From an uncultured bacterium (GTDB lineage: Bacteria; Ratteibacteria; UBA8468; B48-G9; JAFGKM01): a DNA stretch of 56,273 nucleotides. The notes under the pieces are model-generated. The model did not search any database. It was not told the DNA's origin and was given only the letters and a program-made list of their open reading frames with translations. The DNA lies in assembly GCA_964408175.1 (NCBI GenBank), contig CAYOYL010000238.1, positions 1 through 56,273 on the forward strand, given 5' to 3'. Below, in pieces: positions 33,911 to 43,344 of this stretch. Both the position numbers and the translations under genes were made by a program. Position 1 is the first letter of the stretch. Each line of letters starts with the position of its first letter.

Positions 33911-34674
33911 TCTTTAAAAGCGGGGGGTATAACCTCTCAGGTGTTCTGCATATTCCAGAAAAAGTAAAGGTCCCTTATCCTGCAGTCGTCATGTTTCACG
34001 GTTTTACGGGAAGCAAAGCAGAGAGCCACTTTATTTTTGTAAAAATGGCGCGGTCTCTTGTTGACAGGGGAATAGCTGCATTCAGATTTGACTTTATGGG
34101 TTCAGGAGATAGTGAGGGAAAGTTTCAGAATATGAGTCTGCATACTGAAATGAACGACGGGAAGAAGGCAATTGAATTTATAAAGAAAGACAAGAAAATT
34201 AAGAGTGGGTGTCTTGGTATCCTTGGTCTTTCAATGGGAGCAGTAACGGCTTCATTCACAGCCTCTGTGTATGGAACGAAAGCTCTCGCTTTGTGGTCCC
34301 CGCTTGCGTATCCCAGTATAATTGAGGAAAGGATACTGACAAAGAAACTTAGAAAGGCTTTACAGGAGAAAGGCAGGATATATCCACCTGGAATGGGGCA
34401 CCACCTTGGCATAAAATTCTTTGAGTCACTGAATGCCGTAGACCCTTTAGAATATGCGGATTCCTATAGAGGCAGTGCCCTGATAGTGCATACTAAAGAT
34501 GATGCAACCCTGCCTCTCAGCCATTCTCTTGCATACTTTGAGTCTTTTCACAAAAATGCTATTTTCCCTCGTATATTTATACTTGACGAGGGCGGGCATA
34601 CCTTTACTACTGAATCATCCGAGAAGACAGTAATAAAAGAAACTGCTGAATTTTTTGTTGAGGCACTGCTTTAA
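33895..34674 (+). CDS. Alpha/beta-fold hydrolase
   Basis: 259 aa. HGFTGSK oxyanion region, nucleophile elbow GLSMGA, and late Asp/His (KDDATLP, GGHTF). 16-nt overlap with the GT9 gene. Confidence 0.8.
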   Translation: MEKNVVFKSGGYNLSGVLHIPEKVKVPYPAVVMFHGFTGSKAESHFIFVKMARSLVDRGIAAFRFDFMGSGDSEGKFQNMSLHTEMNDGKKAIEFIKKDKKIKSGCLGILGLSMGAVTASFTASVYGTKALALWSPLAYPSIIEERILTKKLRKALQEKGRIYPPGMGHHLGIKFFESLNAVDPLEYADSYRGSALIVHTKDDATLPLSHSLAYFESFHKNAIFPRIFILDEGGHTFTTESSEKTVIKETAEFFVEALL

Positions 34675-34756
34675 TTTCTATTGGGACCATTGCTTCATTA
34701 ATTTTCTCTATTTTGTCATTACCAACGAGAACATTTTTGTATATAATACCAATACA

Positions 34757-34784
34757 TTGACAGCATATAATTGTTGCGTATAAA
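34757..34784 (+). promoter_or_regulatory. Sigma70-type promoter upstream of the sulfatase gene
   Basis: TTGACA (34757-34762), a 16-nt spacer, then TATAAA (34779-34784). About 120 nt upstream of the ATG at 34904. Confidence 0.45.
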
Positions 34785-34903
34785 ATAGACTGAGAATTGA
34801 GGTTTTATTGAACCAGCAGTATTTTGTTGATGAAGGTGTTGACAAAATGCATCTAACAGTTAAATCTGATGCTGTAAAGAAATCATAAAGGAGGAAGGAC
34901 GAT

Positions 34904-36433
34904 ATGAATGCTCAGCCAAATGTATTGTTTATACTCTCTGACCAGCACAACGCTAAGTGTCTCGGACATACAGGACTTACCGATGCTATAACTCCAAACC
35001 TTGACTCTCTTGCTGCCGACGGAGTCCGTTTCAGCAACGCTATCACACAAAGCCCTATCTGTACTCCGAGTAGAGTTTCTTTCTTCTCAGGTCAGTATTG
35101 TCACAACCACGGCTACTATGGATTGTCAGGTCCTAATCCCCGAGGATTACCATCTGTTATTGAGCATTTCCGTAACCACGGCTATACCACAGCAGCACTC
35201 GGGAAAATACACTGTCCGGAATATTGGATTGAAGATGTCTGTGATATGTTTCATGATACAACTGGGGCCAGCATCGGTGGTCGTTCTCCAGAATACGCCT
35301 CATATCTTCAGGAGCGCGGACTGACCAATCTTGAAGACCATGCTGCTATGAATGAATTTGGTATGCGGGGTGTACAGACTATTGAAGGCAGGCCGTCAAA
35401 GGTCAGTTTTGATGACGGGCAGGAGGGGTGGCTCGTAAGAAAGGCGGTTGAATTTATGCAGCAGGCACAAAAAACTGGCAACCCTTTTTTTGTCCATGTA
35501 AGTTTTCCAAAACCTCACCAGTGTTATACACCGGCACAACCATTCTGGGACCTGTATGAGGAGCAAAACCTTAAACTGCCGCCCAATGCTGATAACGATG
35601 ACCCTCACGAGGCACCCCATATAAAAGTTATGAAAGATGCTTACCGTAGCGGCAGATGGACGCTCTTTGAACCAAAGACCTTTGAGGCAGGACGTTTACG
35701 TAAACTTCATGGATACCTGGGTAATATCAGCCATGTTGACCATGCTGTAGGAAAACTTATGCAGTGGCTGGATGAAAACAATATCTCAGACAACACTATT
35801 CTGGTTTATTCCAGCGACCACGGTGACTATGCCGCAGAACACGATTTAATGGAAAAGGCTCCTGGAATATGTCATGATGCCATAACCCGTGTTCCTTCCA
35901 TCTGGAGGTGGCCTAAACATTTTAAAAGCGGATACGTATCTGATGAACTTGTAGAAAATATTGATGTGGGAACGACTCTGACAGGTCTATGTGGTTTGCC
36001 TGAACTGGAGACTTCTGATGGGCGAGATATAGGGCATCTGTTAAGGGGTGAGAAAGGACCTGTACGTGACATAGCTGTTACGGAGTTTTCATGGAGTAAA
36101 AGTATACGTAAAGGTGACTGGAGGCTGGTATGGTATCCGAAAGAGATGTTTGCTGAGGAATATCCGAACGGATACGGGCAGCTTTACAATTTGAAAGAAG
36201 ACCCATGGGAGAAGAAAAACCGTTATTTTGATACTGACTGTCTGCAGATAATAGAGGAGTTGCAATCTGATTTATTAAACTGGATGGTTACAACCGCACG
36301 ACCGGTTACAACTCATACCGGAAAGATTGCTGAAACCGAACAGACCATAACTCGTTATAAACATACAGTCAATTACGACTGGAAGTACCACTATACAATG
36401 ATACCGAAGACAACATCTAAAAACTACCTGTAA
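34904..36433 (+). CDS. Sulfatase (formylglycine-dependent, Cys-type)
   Basis: 509 aa. PNVLFILSDQHN and the CTPSRVSFFSG (C-x-P-x-R) formylglycine motif. SSDHGD later. I see no obvious signal peptide. Confidence 0.9.
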   Translation: MNAQPNVLFILSDQHNAKCLGHTGLTDAITPNLDSLAADGVRFSNAITQSPICTPSRVSFFSGQYCHNHGYYGLSGPNPRGLPSVIEHFRNHGYTTAALGKIHCPEYWIEDVCDMFHDTTGASIGGRSPEYASYLQERGLTNLEDHAAMNEFGMRGVQTIEGRPSKVSFDDGQEGWLVRKAVEFMQQAQKTGNPFFVHVSFPKPHQCYTPAQPFWDLYEEQNLKLPPNADNDDPHEAPHIKVMKDAYRSGRWTLFEPKTFEAGRLRKLHGYLGNISHVDHAVGKLMQWLDENNISDNTILVYSSDHGDYAAEHDLMEKAPGICHDAITRVPSIWRWPKHFKSGYVSDELVENIDVGTTLTGLCGLPELETSDGRDIGHLLRGEKGPVRDIAVTEFSWSKSIRKGDWRLVWYPKEMFAEEYPNGYGQLYNLKEDPWEKKNRYFDTDCLQIIEELQSDLLNWMVTTARPVTTHTGKIAETEQTITRYKHTVNYDWKYHYTMIPKTTSKNYL

Positions 36434-36549
36434 AAACAGGTAAGATAATATTAAATTATTTCTGTTTGTCATTTCCAGTGGCATATTGCTGAAATTAATG
36501 CGGATAAAAACCAAAAAGGAGAGTGTTTATGGATAAATCCACAATGTAT

Positions 36550-36580
36550 CCCCCTTTGACAAAGGGGGAATTCAAGGGGG
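36550..36580 (+). promoter_or_regulatory. C-run/G-run hairpin immediately upstream of the M14 gene RBS
   Basis: CCCCCTTT-gac-AAAGGGGG (8-bp stem, 36550-36568), followed by a second GGGGG (36576-36580). The SD AGGAGG is at 36585-36590 and the ATG at 36596. Confidence 0.5.
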
Positions 36581-36595
36581 ATTTAGGAGGTGGAA

Positions 36596-37795
36596 ATGTC
36601 TACTCTACATGATATAATCAAGGTATCGACAGACCTCCCTGGTGGAAATGCCTGTGTATTAAATATCCGTTCAGATATAAACATTCCTGAGGTTCATTTT
36701 ACTCCTTCTCCTGCCGGTGGACCTGAGGCAATGTGGTTTTTCTTCCGTATCGAGGTCCGGCATAAACCTGTCCCTGAAAAAATCAGGTGCGTCTTGCATT
36801 TCGTAGACTGTCTCCTTGGAGGAAGGCAGAAAGATTTTTATCCTGTTTTTGAAACAGAGCAAGGAGAGTGGAGGCGTGTTTCACAGATTGAAATTGAGGA
36901 ACTGGCAGACGGACAGCCTGTAGTCTCATGGACAGTTCCAGGGAATGAGGGTGCGGTGAATGTTGCCCTTTCTTATCCCTATGGGATGCGTGAGTTAGGC
37001 CGCCTTTTAGGTTCAATCTCTCCGCCTTTTGGAATTGACAACATTGGAGTTACCCTGCAGAACAATCTTATACAGCGGCTGAGTAATAAAAATGGTTCTC
37101 GGGATTCCGCACTCCATGGAATATACTGTCTTGCCCGTCAACACTCAGGAGAGACACCAGGTTCATGGGTGCTTGACGGTTTTTTACGTGGGATGGCATC
37201 TGCAGATAAAGATGCTCCCCTTGTTTGGGCAGTTCCTTTTGTCAATCTGGATGGTATACTTTCCGGACATTACGGTAAGGATAGCTTCCCATACGATTTT
37301 AATCGTGCATGGGGTTCAGGGATACTTCCAGAAGAGATTCGTTCTGAAATCAGCAGTCAACCTATGCGCTATGAAGTGGGTTGTATACAGAATGATATGA
37401 TACGATGGAGCAGTCGTTGCAAACCCTCTCTGGTGATAGATTTCCACGCACCCGGAATCTCTGAAATAAACGGAATTTATTGTTTTTTGAGGGATATTGG
37501 AGATGACGGTCTGCCGGATGTTAATCACCGTCCGTGGATTGATGCTTTTCAGTCAGCGCTCGGCTCAACGAAACTTATTGCGGACAGGTTTTTCCGCAGC
37601 GACAGATACGTATCACGCTGGAATACTGCCAGGGTAGGAGACTTTGTTATCAGAGGGCTTAAAGTCCCGGGAATCACATTTGAAGTTCCATATACAAGAG
37701 CAGGGCAATTTATATTTACAAGAGAGGATTATCAGCGAGCAGGTGAAAAAATTGCTGAGGCTGTGATAAAAAAGATAAAAAGTGAAAAGACATGA
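36596..37795 (+). CDS. M14-family metallocarboxypeptidase, cytosolic-carboxypeptidase-like (M14D)
   Basis: The ORF track starts at GTG 36590. The ATG at 36596 has better SD spacing. LARQHSGETPGSWVLDGFL matches the HxxE zinc motif context of CCP-type enzymes (ARVHPGE..SW..GFL). FVNLDG and IDFHAP supply the later conserved residues. Confidence 0.75.
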   Translation: MSTLHDIIKVSTDLPGGNACVLNIRSDINIPEVHFTPSPAGGPEAMWFFFRIEVRHKPVPEKIRCVLHFVDCLLGGRQKDFYPVFETEQGEWRRVSQIEIEELADGQPVVSWTVPGNEGAVNVALSYPYGMRELGRLLGSISPPFGIDNIGVTLQNNLIQRLSNKNGSRDSALHGIYCLARQHSGETPGSWVLDGFLRGMASADKDAPLVWAVPFVNLDGILSGHYGKDSFPYDFNRAWGSGILPEEIRSEISSQPMRYEVGCIQNDMIRWSSRCKPSLVIDFHAPGISEINGIYCFLRDIGDDGLPDVNHRPWIDAFQSALGSTKLIADRFFRSDRYVSRWNTARVGDFVIRGLKVPGITFEVPYTRAGQFIFTREDYQRAGEKIAEAVIKKIKSEKT

Positions 37796-37814
37796 TGCAA
37801 AGGAGACAGGTCAA

Positions 37815-39848
37815 ATGAGAAAGTCAGAAAAAATAAAGATGCAAATTTTACCTGTAGGAGTATTTTTACTGATGTTTATATTTCTCTTAAAATCTGCTGT
37901 AGGTGAACAGAAAGACTATACTATCGGAGCAAAAACGTCAAAACTGGCACCTGCACAAACTGAGTATATAGTTTATAAAACAGATGAAAATATAGTAATT
38001 GATGGCAGGCTGAATGAAAACATCTGGAGGGAGGTACCATCGGTAACATTCTACGGTATTACTGACGGTTCTGCCCCGCCGTTTCTTACAGAAGGTAAGG
38101 TAATATGGGATGACAAATACCTGTATGTGGGATTCTATTTTGAACGTTATGATATATCCTGCTATTGGCCCATAAGGGACGGAAGTCTTCCTGAAGAGAT
38201 AAAAAAAGGTCTTTTTCCCAACCGCAGCGAACTTTCCCCGTGGGTACAGACTGAATCACTCATAATGACAATGGATAGTTTTGCAAAAATCTTCATAGAC
38301 CCGGATGGAGACGGAAGCAACTATGTTGAGTTCCACATCAGTCCATGTAACAACCTTTTTGATGCCTGGTACAAACAAGGATTTACCAATGACTTGTGGG
38401 GTAATAGAGACCGTTTTCCTGATGTAGCATGGAGATGTCAGGGATTTTTAAGTGCAGTCCACATTGACGGGACACTTAATGCACCACATGATACTGACAG
38501 AGGCTGGAGTATTGAGGTGGCAATTCCATGGAAGGCCCTTGAACCATTTACATCCGGGGATTGTCCCCCAAAAAGTGGTGATATATGGGGCAGTCATCTC
38601 GGCAGGGTTTACCGGGACAGGAAAGGCGGTGAAAACCAGTACTGGGTGTGGCCGTTCCTTGGAGTCAAAAACTGCCATCTCCCTGACAGATATGCAAAAA
38701 TTATCTTTAAGGATAATCTTCCTAAATTCAACAGACTATTTGCTTTCAGTGCTGTTTACGATGAAGAATTTGTAAAGAAGGCTGCTGAGATAGGTGTTAC
38801 TGATGTTGCAGGGCCTCCCTCAGAAAAGTTTATTGCTCTTTACAACAAGTACAACATTAACTATTATCCTATCATAACAATAAACCCGGGTTTATGGAAT
38901 AGTGCCTTCCCAGATGAAGAGCCACCAATGCAAAAACTCAGTGAAGAACAGGAGGCGATTAAGAAATTTCTTAAAGGGGAGGTATTCAAAAGGTATGAAC
39001 CTGAATATCGGAATAAGATTGAAAAACCGGAAAACTGGAAGGTTACTGAGAAACAGATAAAGGCGATAGAAAAGATGGAAAGAGAGAATAACAGCCTTCA
39101 AGGAGTTTATCAATGGGGGGGAGAACCGGAGAAGAATCTTTTTACAAAAAAATACAACAAAGAGGTGTTGGTCAGTGACCTGCTCTGTTTCCATAATCCT
39201 AAGGTGCTTGAGGCTTTAAAAATTAAGATTAAAGAGTATATGAAACTTGAAGGGATTGCCGGCATCTCCTTTGATGCAATAGGGTACCAGAACTATTATG
39301 ACTGCCATTGTCCTGATAGTCTCAAACTTTACAATGATTACTGCATTCGGAATAAGATAGAACCAGATGAACAGAGATGGCAGGAATTTTCTCTCCAAAG
39401 CCTTGTGGAATTTAATAATGCCCTTGTAGATTATGTCCACAGTCTTAATCCGAAAGCCAAAACCTTTAACCACATCTGGCCTGTATATCTGCCTGAACCG
39501 CTTTACGGCAACCGTTTAAAAATGGACTACTGCGGGCAGACCGCAGCCTGGTATTTTTACTGGGACCCGTTAAGAATAGAACAGTATTCAGAAGTAATAA
39601 AAAAAGATGAGAAAAAATACTGGAAGGATGTAAATGGTGTAGCCTTTATAGGTTATTATGATAGCATAAAACGCCCGCGCTTTCCTTATAAATCCCAGGA
39701 AAAGGTGGAAAGTGAACTCCGGGCTATACTCAAAGGCGGTTCAAGAATGTTGATGGTCTGCGGGTTAAATGATGTACTTAACAATCCTGATATCTCTGCG
39801 GTTTTTAAAAAATTTATGCAAAAGAGACAAGCAGTGAAAAATAAATAA
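37815..39848 (+). CDS. Secreted protein: CBM9/DOMON-like carbohydrate-binding domain plus C-terminal glycosidase-like (TIM-barrel-type) region
   Basis: The ORF track starts at 37782. I prefer the ATG at 37815 (MRKSEKIKMQILPVGVFLLMFIFLL signal), which has AAGGAGA upstream. IVIDGRLNENIWREV...VIWDDKYLYVGFY...FIDPDGDGSNYVEFHISPCNNLFDAW fits the CBM9-like pattern. The C-terminal half contains YYDCHCPDSLKLYNDYC. Confidence 0.65.
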   Translation: MRKSEKIKMQILPVGVFLLMFIFLLKSAVGEQKDYTIGAKTSKLAPAQTEYIVYKTDENIVIDGRLNENIWREVPSVTFYGITDGSAPPFLTEGKVIWDDKYLYVGFYFERYDISCYWPIRDGSLPEEIKKGLFPNRSELSPWVQTESLIMTMDSFAKIFIDPDGDGSNYVEFHISPCNNLFDAWYKQGFTNDLWGNRDRFPDVAWRCQGFLSAVHIDGTLNAPHDTDRGWSIEVAIPWKALEPFTSGDCPPKSGDIWGSHLGRVYRDRKGGENQYWVWPFLGVKNCHLPDRYAKIIFKDNLPKFNRLFAFSAVYDEEFVKKAAEIGVTDVAGPPSEKFIALYNKYNINYYPIITINPGLWNSAFPDEEPPMQKLSEEQEAIKKFLKGEVFKRYEPEYRNKIEKPENWKVTEKQIKAIEKMERENNSLQGVYQWGGEPEKNLFTKKYNKEVLVSDLLCFHNPKVLEALKIKIKEYMKLEGIAGISFDAIGYQNYYDCHCPDSLKLYNDYCIRNKIEPDEQRWQEFSLQSLVEFNNALVDYVHSLNPKAKTFNHIWPVYLPEPLYGNRLKMDYCGQTAAWYFYWDPLRIEQYSEVIKKDEKKYWKDVNGVAFIGYYDSIKRPRFPYKSQEKVESELRAILKGGSRMLMVCGLNDVLNNPDISAVFKKFMQKRQAVKNK

Positions 39849-39923
39849 AAGAATGACTGCCCTCTTTTTACCGAACACTGCCTTTTTTCAGAGGAACTTC
39901 GGTTCAGGGTTTTCCTATGAGAT

Positions 39924-40961
39924 TTACCGGAAGCGAGCCAGCATAGGAATGTGGTCGTCCTGCATGTATTGGTAGCAGAAAAAAACCACATTTTCCTGTC
40001 CCATTTGCAGTTGTTCCCTCAGGAGGATTTCTACATTCCGGGCGTCATTTTGTGCAGCAGGATTTTCTTCAACTCTTGCAGTAATTTCGCCCAGTCCCAA
40101 TCCCATCCATATTTTCAGGCGTGCGTCCGGAATCAGGTGTCTGCATTCCATGGTCTCTATCTCTACCATGCGAGGTGAATGAAAGTACGACATTGGGCAG
40201 GCAAAATTAATATGTCTCAGGCGCAGCCATTCCGCCCAGTCGGCACTGAACGAATCTCTGCTCTGACAAAATTTCCAGTCGTCGTAATAAGGCACATCTT
40301 TTTTATACGGTGTGTAAAAGTTCCTGTCGTACGGCATACGGGCCGCAACCGAAAAGGGCATGCGGGGTTTCAACGAATGTATCACAGCTGCTTCCTTACT
40401 TATCAGGTCTGTTAAACGTTCCTGTTTCCATGCATCCCATTCCGGTTCCTCTATGGGTGCGTGTTTCTTACAGTAATCGCAGTAGCATACCGGAACCACC
40501 CGGAATCTCTCACCTGACTGGTGTGCCGGGTCATAGATGGTATAATTGTTGAAGATGTACCCGTCTTCAAGATTGATTCCATCATAATCAAATTCGGTAA
40601 TTGTCCAACGGAGTCTCTCAAGTACAAAATCTGACACAACAGGATTGGCGGGGCAGAGGATACTGCCGTATGACCCGTCTTTCCTTCTCTGCCGTAACCC
40701 GTACACCGGCATTGCAGGATAGGCGTTTAGTTCGTCAAAGCATGCGTGGACTTTTAATCCGGCGCGGTGCGATTCCTCTATGATAAGGTGCAGACGTTCA
40801 TTGTAGAAGGCAGGGGTGTTTGTCGCTTCACTGTAATGGTCTACTGCTCGGTGGCCGCATACGTAGGGAATGATTATATCCACATGTGCATCCCTGAGAC
40901 GGCTTACCATTCTGTGCGGTTCTTCTTCCAAAATTGATTGCGGCCATACCCACATGGCCAT
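39924..40961 (-). CDS. Putative glycoside-hydrolase-like TIM-barrel protein (family not resolved)
   Basis: 345-aa ORF in GC-richer DNA. DGINLEDGY and the VCYCDYCKKH Cys cluster resemble the uncharacterised GH-like families. No signal peptide. Functional call is weak. Confidence 0.5.
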   Translation of the reverse strand: MAMWVWPQSILEEEPHRMVSRLRDAHVDIIIPYVCGHRAVDHYSEATNTPAFYNERLHLIIEESHRAGLKVHACFDELNAYPAMPVYGLRQRRKDGSYGSILCPANPVVSDFVLERLRWTITEFDYDGINLEDGYIFNNYTIYDPAHQSGERFRVVPVCYCDYCKKHAPIEEPEWDAWKQERLTDLISKEAAVIHSLKPRMPFSVAARMPYDRNFYTPYKKDVPYYDDWKFCQSRDSFSADWAEWLRLRHINFACPMSYFHSPRMVEIETMECRHLIPDARLKIWMGLGLGEITARVEENPAAQNDARNVEILLREQLQMGQENVVFFCYQYMQDDHIPMLARFR

Positions 40962-41074
40962 GTGTTTGAAAGTTTTATTCAGTGATATCCCCCATTAGAT
41001 TTTGAAAAAAACTGTTTTAACTTAAAACTCTTCCTTGTTTCATAACCTTTACTCTGATAATCAAAGAAAATATC

Positions 41075-41626
41075 TTATTTCTGATGATATTTTAAAACCA
41101 TCAGTTTCTTTTCTTTACTCATATTGACCCATCTGGACATTGATAGAGGGACTATTATTATTTCCTCACCTATATTAACAACCGTTTCTGTTCGGGTTTG
41201 TTTACCGAATATGTTGTTGTAATATCTAAATCCCACCTCTATTTGTGGAAGGTCATTGTCAGGACGGAAAGGTGTTGTATATTTGAATATAGGGGCCTTT
41301 AAGACAATAATGCCGAATGCCATGATGCCCAGAAAGGTGATATAAAATTTTGAACTTTTAAATATGTTAAATTGTTGTTCTGAGGTTTTGTGATAGTCAT
41401 ATTGAAGTTTATATACATATTTCGGACTTTCTTTCTCCCGTTGAGGCGCTTTAACGGGTTTTTCTTTAGCAATAGTTTTTTTATCCTCCTTTTTTTCCCC
41501 CGTGGAATCTTCTTTTATATCTGGAGCCCCTTTTGTGGTAAAAGCCTCGCCCAGTTCTCTCTGCAACCTTTCTATATTTTCTTCAATACTTCCTTTTTCA
41601 CCCACTGTGAATTTTTCCCTGCGCAT
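41075..41626 (-). CDS. Hypothetical single-pass membrane protein with Lys/Glu-rich N-terminus
   Basis: 183-aa ORF with one TM (FYITFLGIMAFGIIVL). No recognisable domain. Confidence 0.55.
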   Translation of the reverse strand: MRREKFTVGEKGSIEENIERLQRELGEAFTTKGAPDIKEDSTGEKKEDKKTIAKEKPVKAPQREKESPKYVYKLQYDYHKTSEQQFNIFKSSKFYITFLGIMAFGIIVLKAPIFKYTTPFRPDNDLPQIEVGFRYYNNIFGKQTRTETVVNIGEEIIIVPLSMSRWVNMSKEKKLMVLKYHQK

Positions 41627-41811
41627 CTATTATATTCCTCCTGTCAGATTTACCCTGAAGTTTTACCAGAAATTTCCCTGTCTGTCAAGCAAAGACGGTC
41701 ATTATAAAACTTCCATAAGAATTATGAAATGGTAGAGGTATGAGAAAAGACTGAGGCTCCCTTAGGCAAAAATTCAGGATGCAGGAACTACCAAAATCTA
41801 CAATAGCCCAT

Positions 41812-42081
41812 TTAAATAAATCTTTTTATAATGAGGTAAAGGATAAAAAGAACCACAAGGAAGATAATCAGTTTTACAAAAGAGTTTATACCCGAATTTT
41901 TAGACTTTTTTGCTTCGAGCTCCTCAGCCCTCTCAGCGAAAATTTTGTAGGTTTCATAGCACTTCTCGCTGCAGAAAATCCCTTCCAGTTTTATAATGCG
42001 GCATTCAGAACATAACGGTTTTCCGCACTGTTTACACCTTGCTACTGCTGGTCTTCCCGTATGATAAAAACAGTCTGTCAT
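41812..42081 (-). CDS. B-box-type zinc-finger membrane protein
   Basis: 89 aa. CFYHTGRPAVARCKQCGKPLCSECRI...CSEKC Cys/His pattern, plus a C-terminal TM (LIIFLVVLFILYLII). Confidence 0.6.
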   Translation of the reverse strand: MTDCFYHTGRPAVARCKQCGKPLCSECRIIKLEGIFCSEKCYETYKIFAERAEELEAKKSKNSGINSFVKLIIFLVVLFILYLIIKRFI

Positions 42082-42118
42082 TTTCTCTCACCTCCTGTGC
42101 AACAGTAAACCCGGAAGT

Positions 42119-43159
42119 CTAAAGTTTTACCACACTATTGGTTTTTGCAGACCTCATAGCTGCATCAAAAACATACATGCATTTTCTACATTCTTCGGGC
42201 TTCACAATCAGTTCATCTCCTTCATTCAGTACGTCTGATATGTTGTTATAGTAAGACTTCCACGTTCCTTTTACGGGAGTTAACACCATCTCTTCAAATT
42301 TACCATTTACACTTTTTTTTATACGTGGATAATTTTCCTCCGGCTCATAGGCTGCATCAATGTCACCTGCTATCATATACTTTTCCTGAGGGTCTAAGCC
42401 ATATTTATACAAAACCCCATTTTCAGAGAATACCAGCCACCTCGGCTTCTGATAAACTGCACGGTTAGATATCTGAATCTCGTAAACTAATCCGCTTTTA
42501 AACTTCATTACCAGCCTTCCAAAATTACCTATATCAGAACCCTTTATTTCCTCCACATATTGAACTTCACAATAGACTGATTCTATCTTATAATTGCCGA
42601 GTATCATGCCCTGGTCTACAAGATGTGCACCCCAGTCGTAAAGGATTCCTCCGCTCATCTCTTTCATGCCACGCCACCCTCCCGGGTTTTTACTATAACT
42701 GAATATTCCTGTTTCTATTCTATATGGTGAGCCTATGATACCTTTGTTTATAACGTCTTTCACCGTTAAAAAATCCCAGTCCCACCTTCTGTTCTGGAAA
42801 ACGCTGAGCACAACCTTGTTCCTACGTGCAGATTCAATCATTTCCGTCGCTTCTCTTCCATTCATACACATAACCTTATCAGTCACTACGTGTTTTTTAG
42901 CGTTCATAGATTTGATAGACAAATCTCTGTGTGTACTGTGAGGCGTGGCAATTACGACCATTTGAATATCTTGATTTTCTATCAGCATATCCAGCGTTTC
43001 GTAGGTCTTTATACCGGGGTGGTCATTCTGTGCCTGTGCTCTTCTCTCCGGAGAGCGGGAAACAACAGCACTTAGGTTTAAACCCTCTGCAAGATTTATA
43101 AGGTAAGAGTGAAAATACCTCCCTGCATATCCATACCCAACTATACCAACATTTATCAT
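42119..43159 (-). CDS. Gfo/Idh/MocA-family NAD(P)-dependent oxidoreductase
   Basis: 346 aa. The N-terminal Rossmann region INVGIVGYGYAGRYFH, ...VVIATPHSTHRDL... and ...HVVTDKVM are typical of the family. Confidence 0.9.
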   Translation of the reverse strand: MINVGIVGYGYAGRYFHSYLINLAEGLNLSAVVSRSPERRAQAQNDHPGIKTYETLDMLIENQDIQMVVIATPHSTHRDLSIKSMNAKKHVVTDKVMCMNGREATEMIESARRNKVVLSVFQNRRWDWDFLTVKDVINKGIIGSPYRIETGIFSYSKNPGGWRGMKEMSGGILYDWGAHLVDQGMILGNYKIESVYCEVQYVEEIKGSDIGNFGRLVMKFKSGLVYEIQISNRAVYQKPRWLVFSENGVLYKYGLDPQEKYMIAGDIDAAYEPEENYPRIKKSVNGKFEEMVLTPVKGTWKSYYNNISDVLNEGDELIVKPEECRKCMYVFDAAMRSAKTNSVVKL

Positions 43160-43344
43160 ACCTCCATTTTAAAACATCCTGAAAAACTTTTCAAATTAAA
43201 CCTTAGTCTCTAAATATTTCTGTATTCATTTTTGTCGTTTGACTTTTTTTAAGGAAATAATATATCATAATTGCAGAAAGTATGAATAGAAAGATAACAG
43301 TGTGAATTAGTAAATTTAGAAAGTTTATGACATAAGGGGGATAT

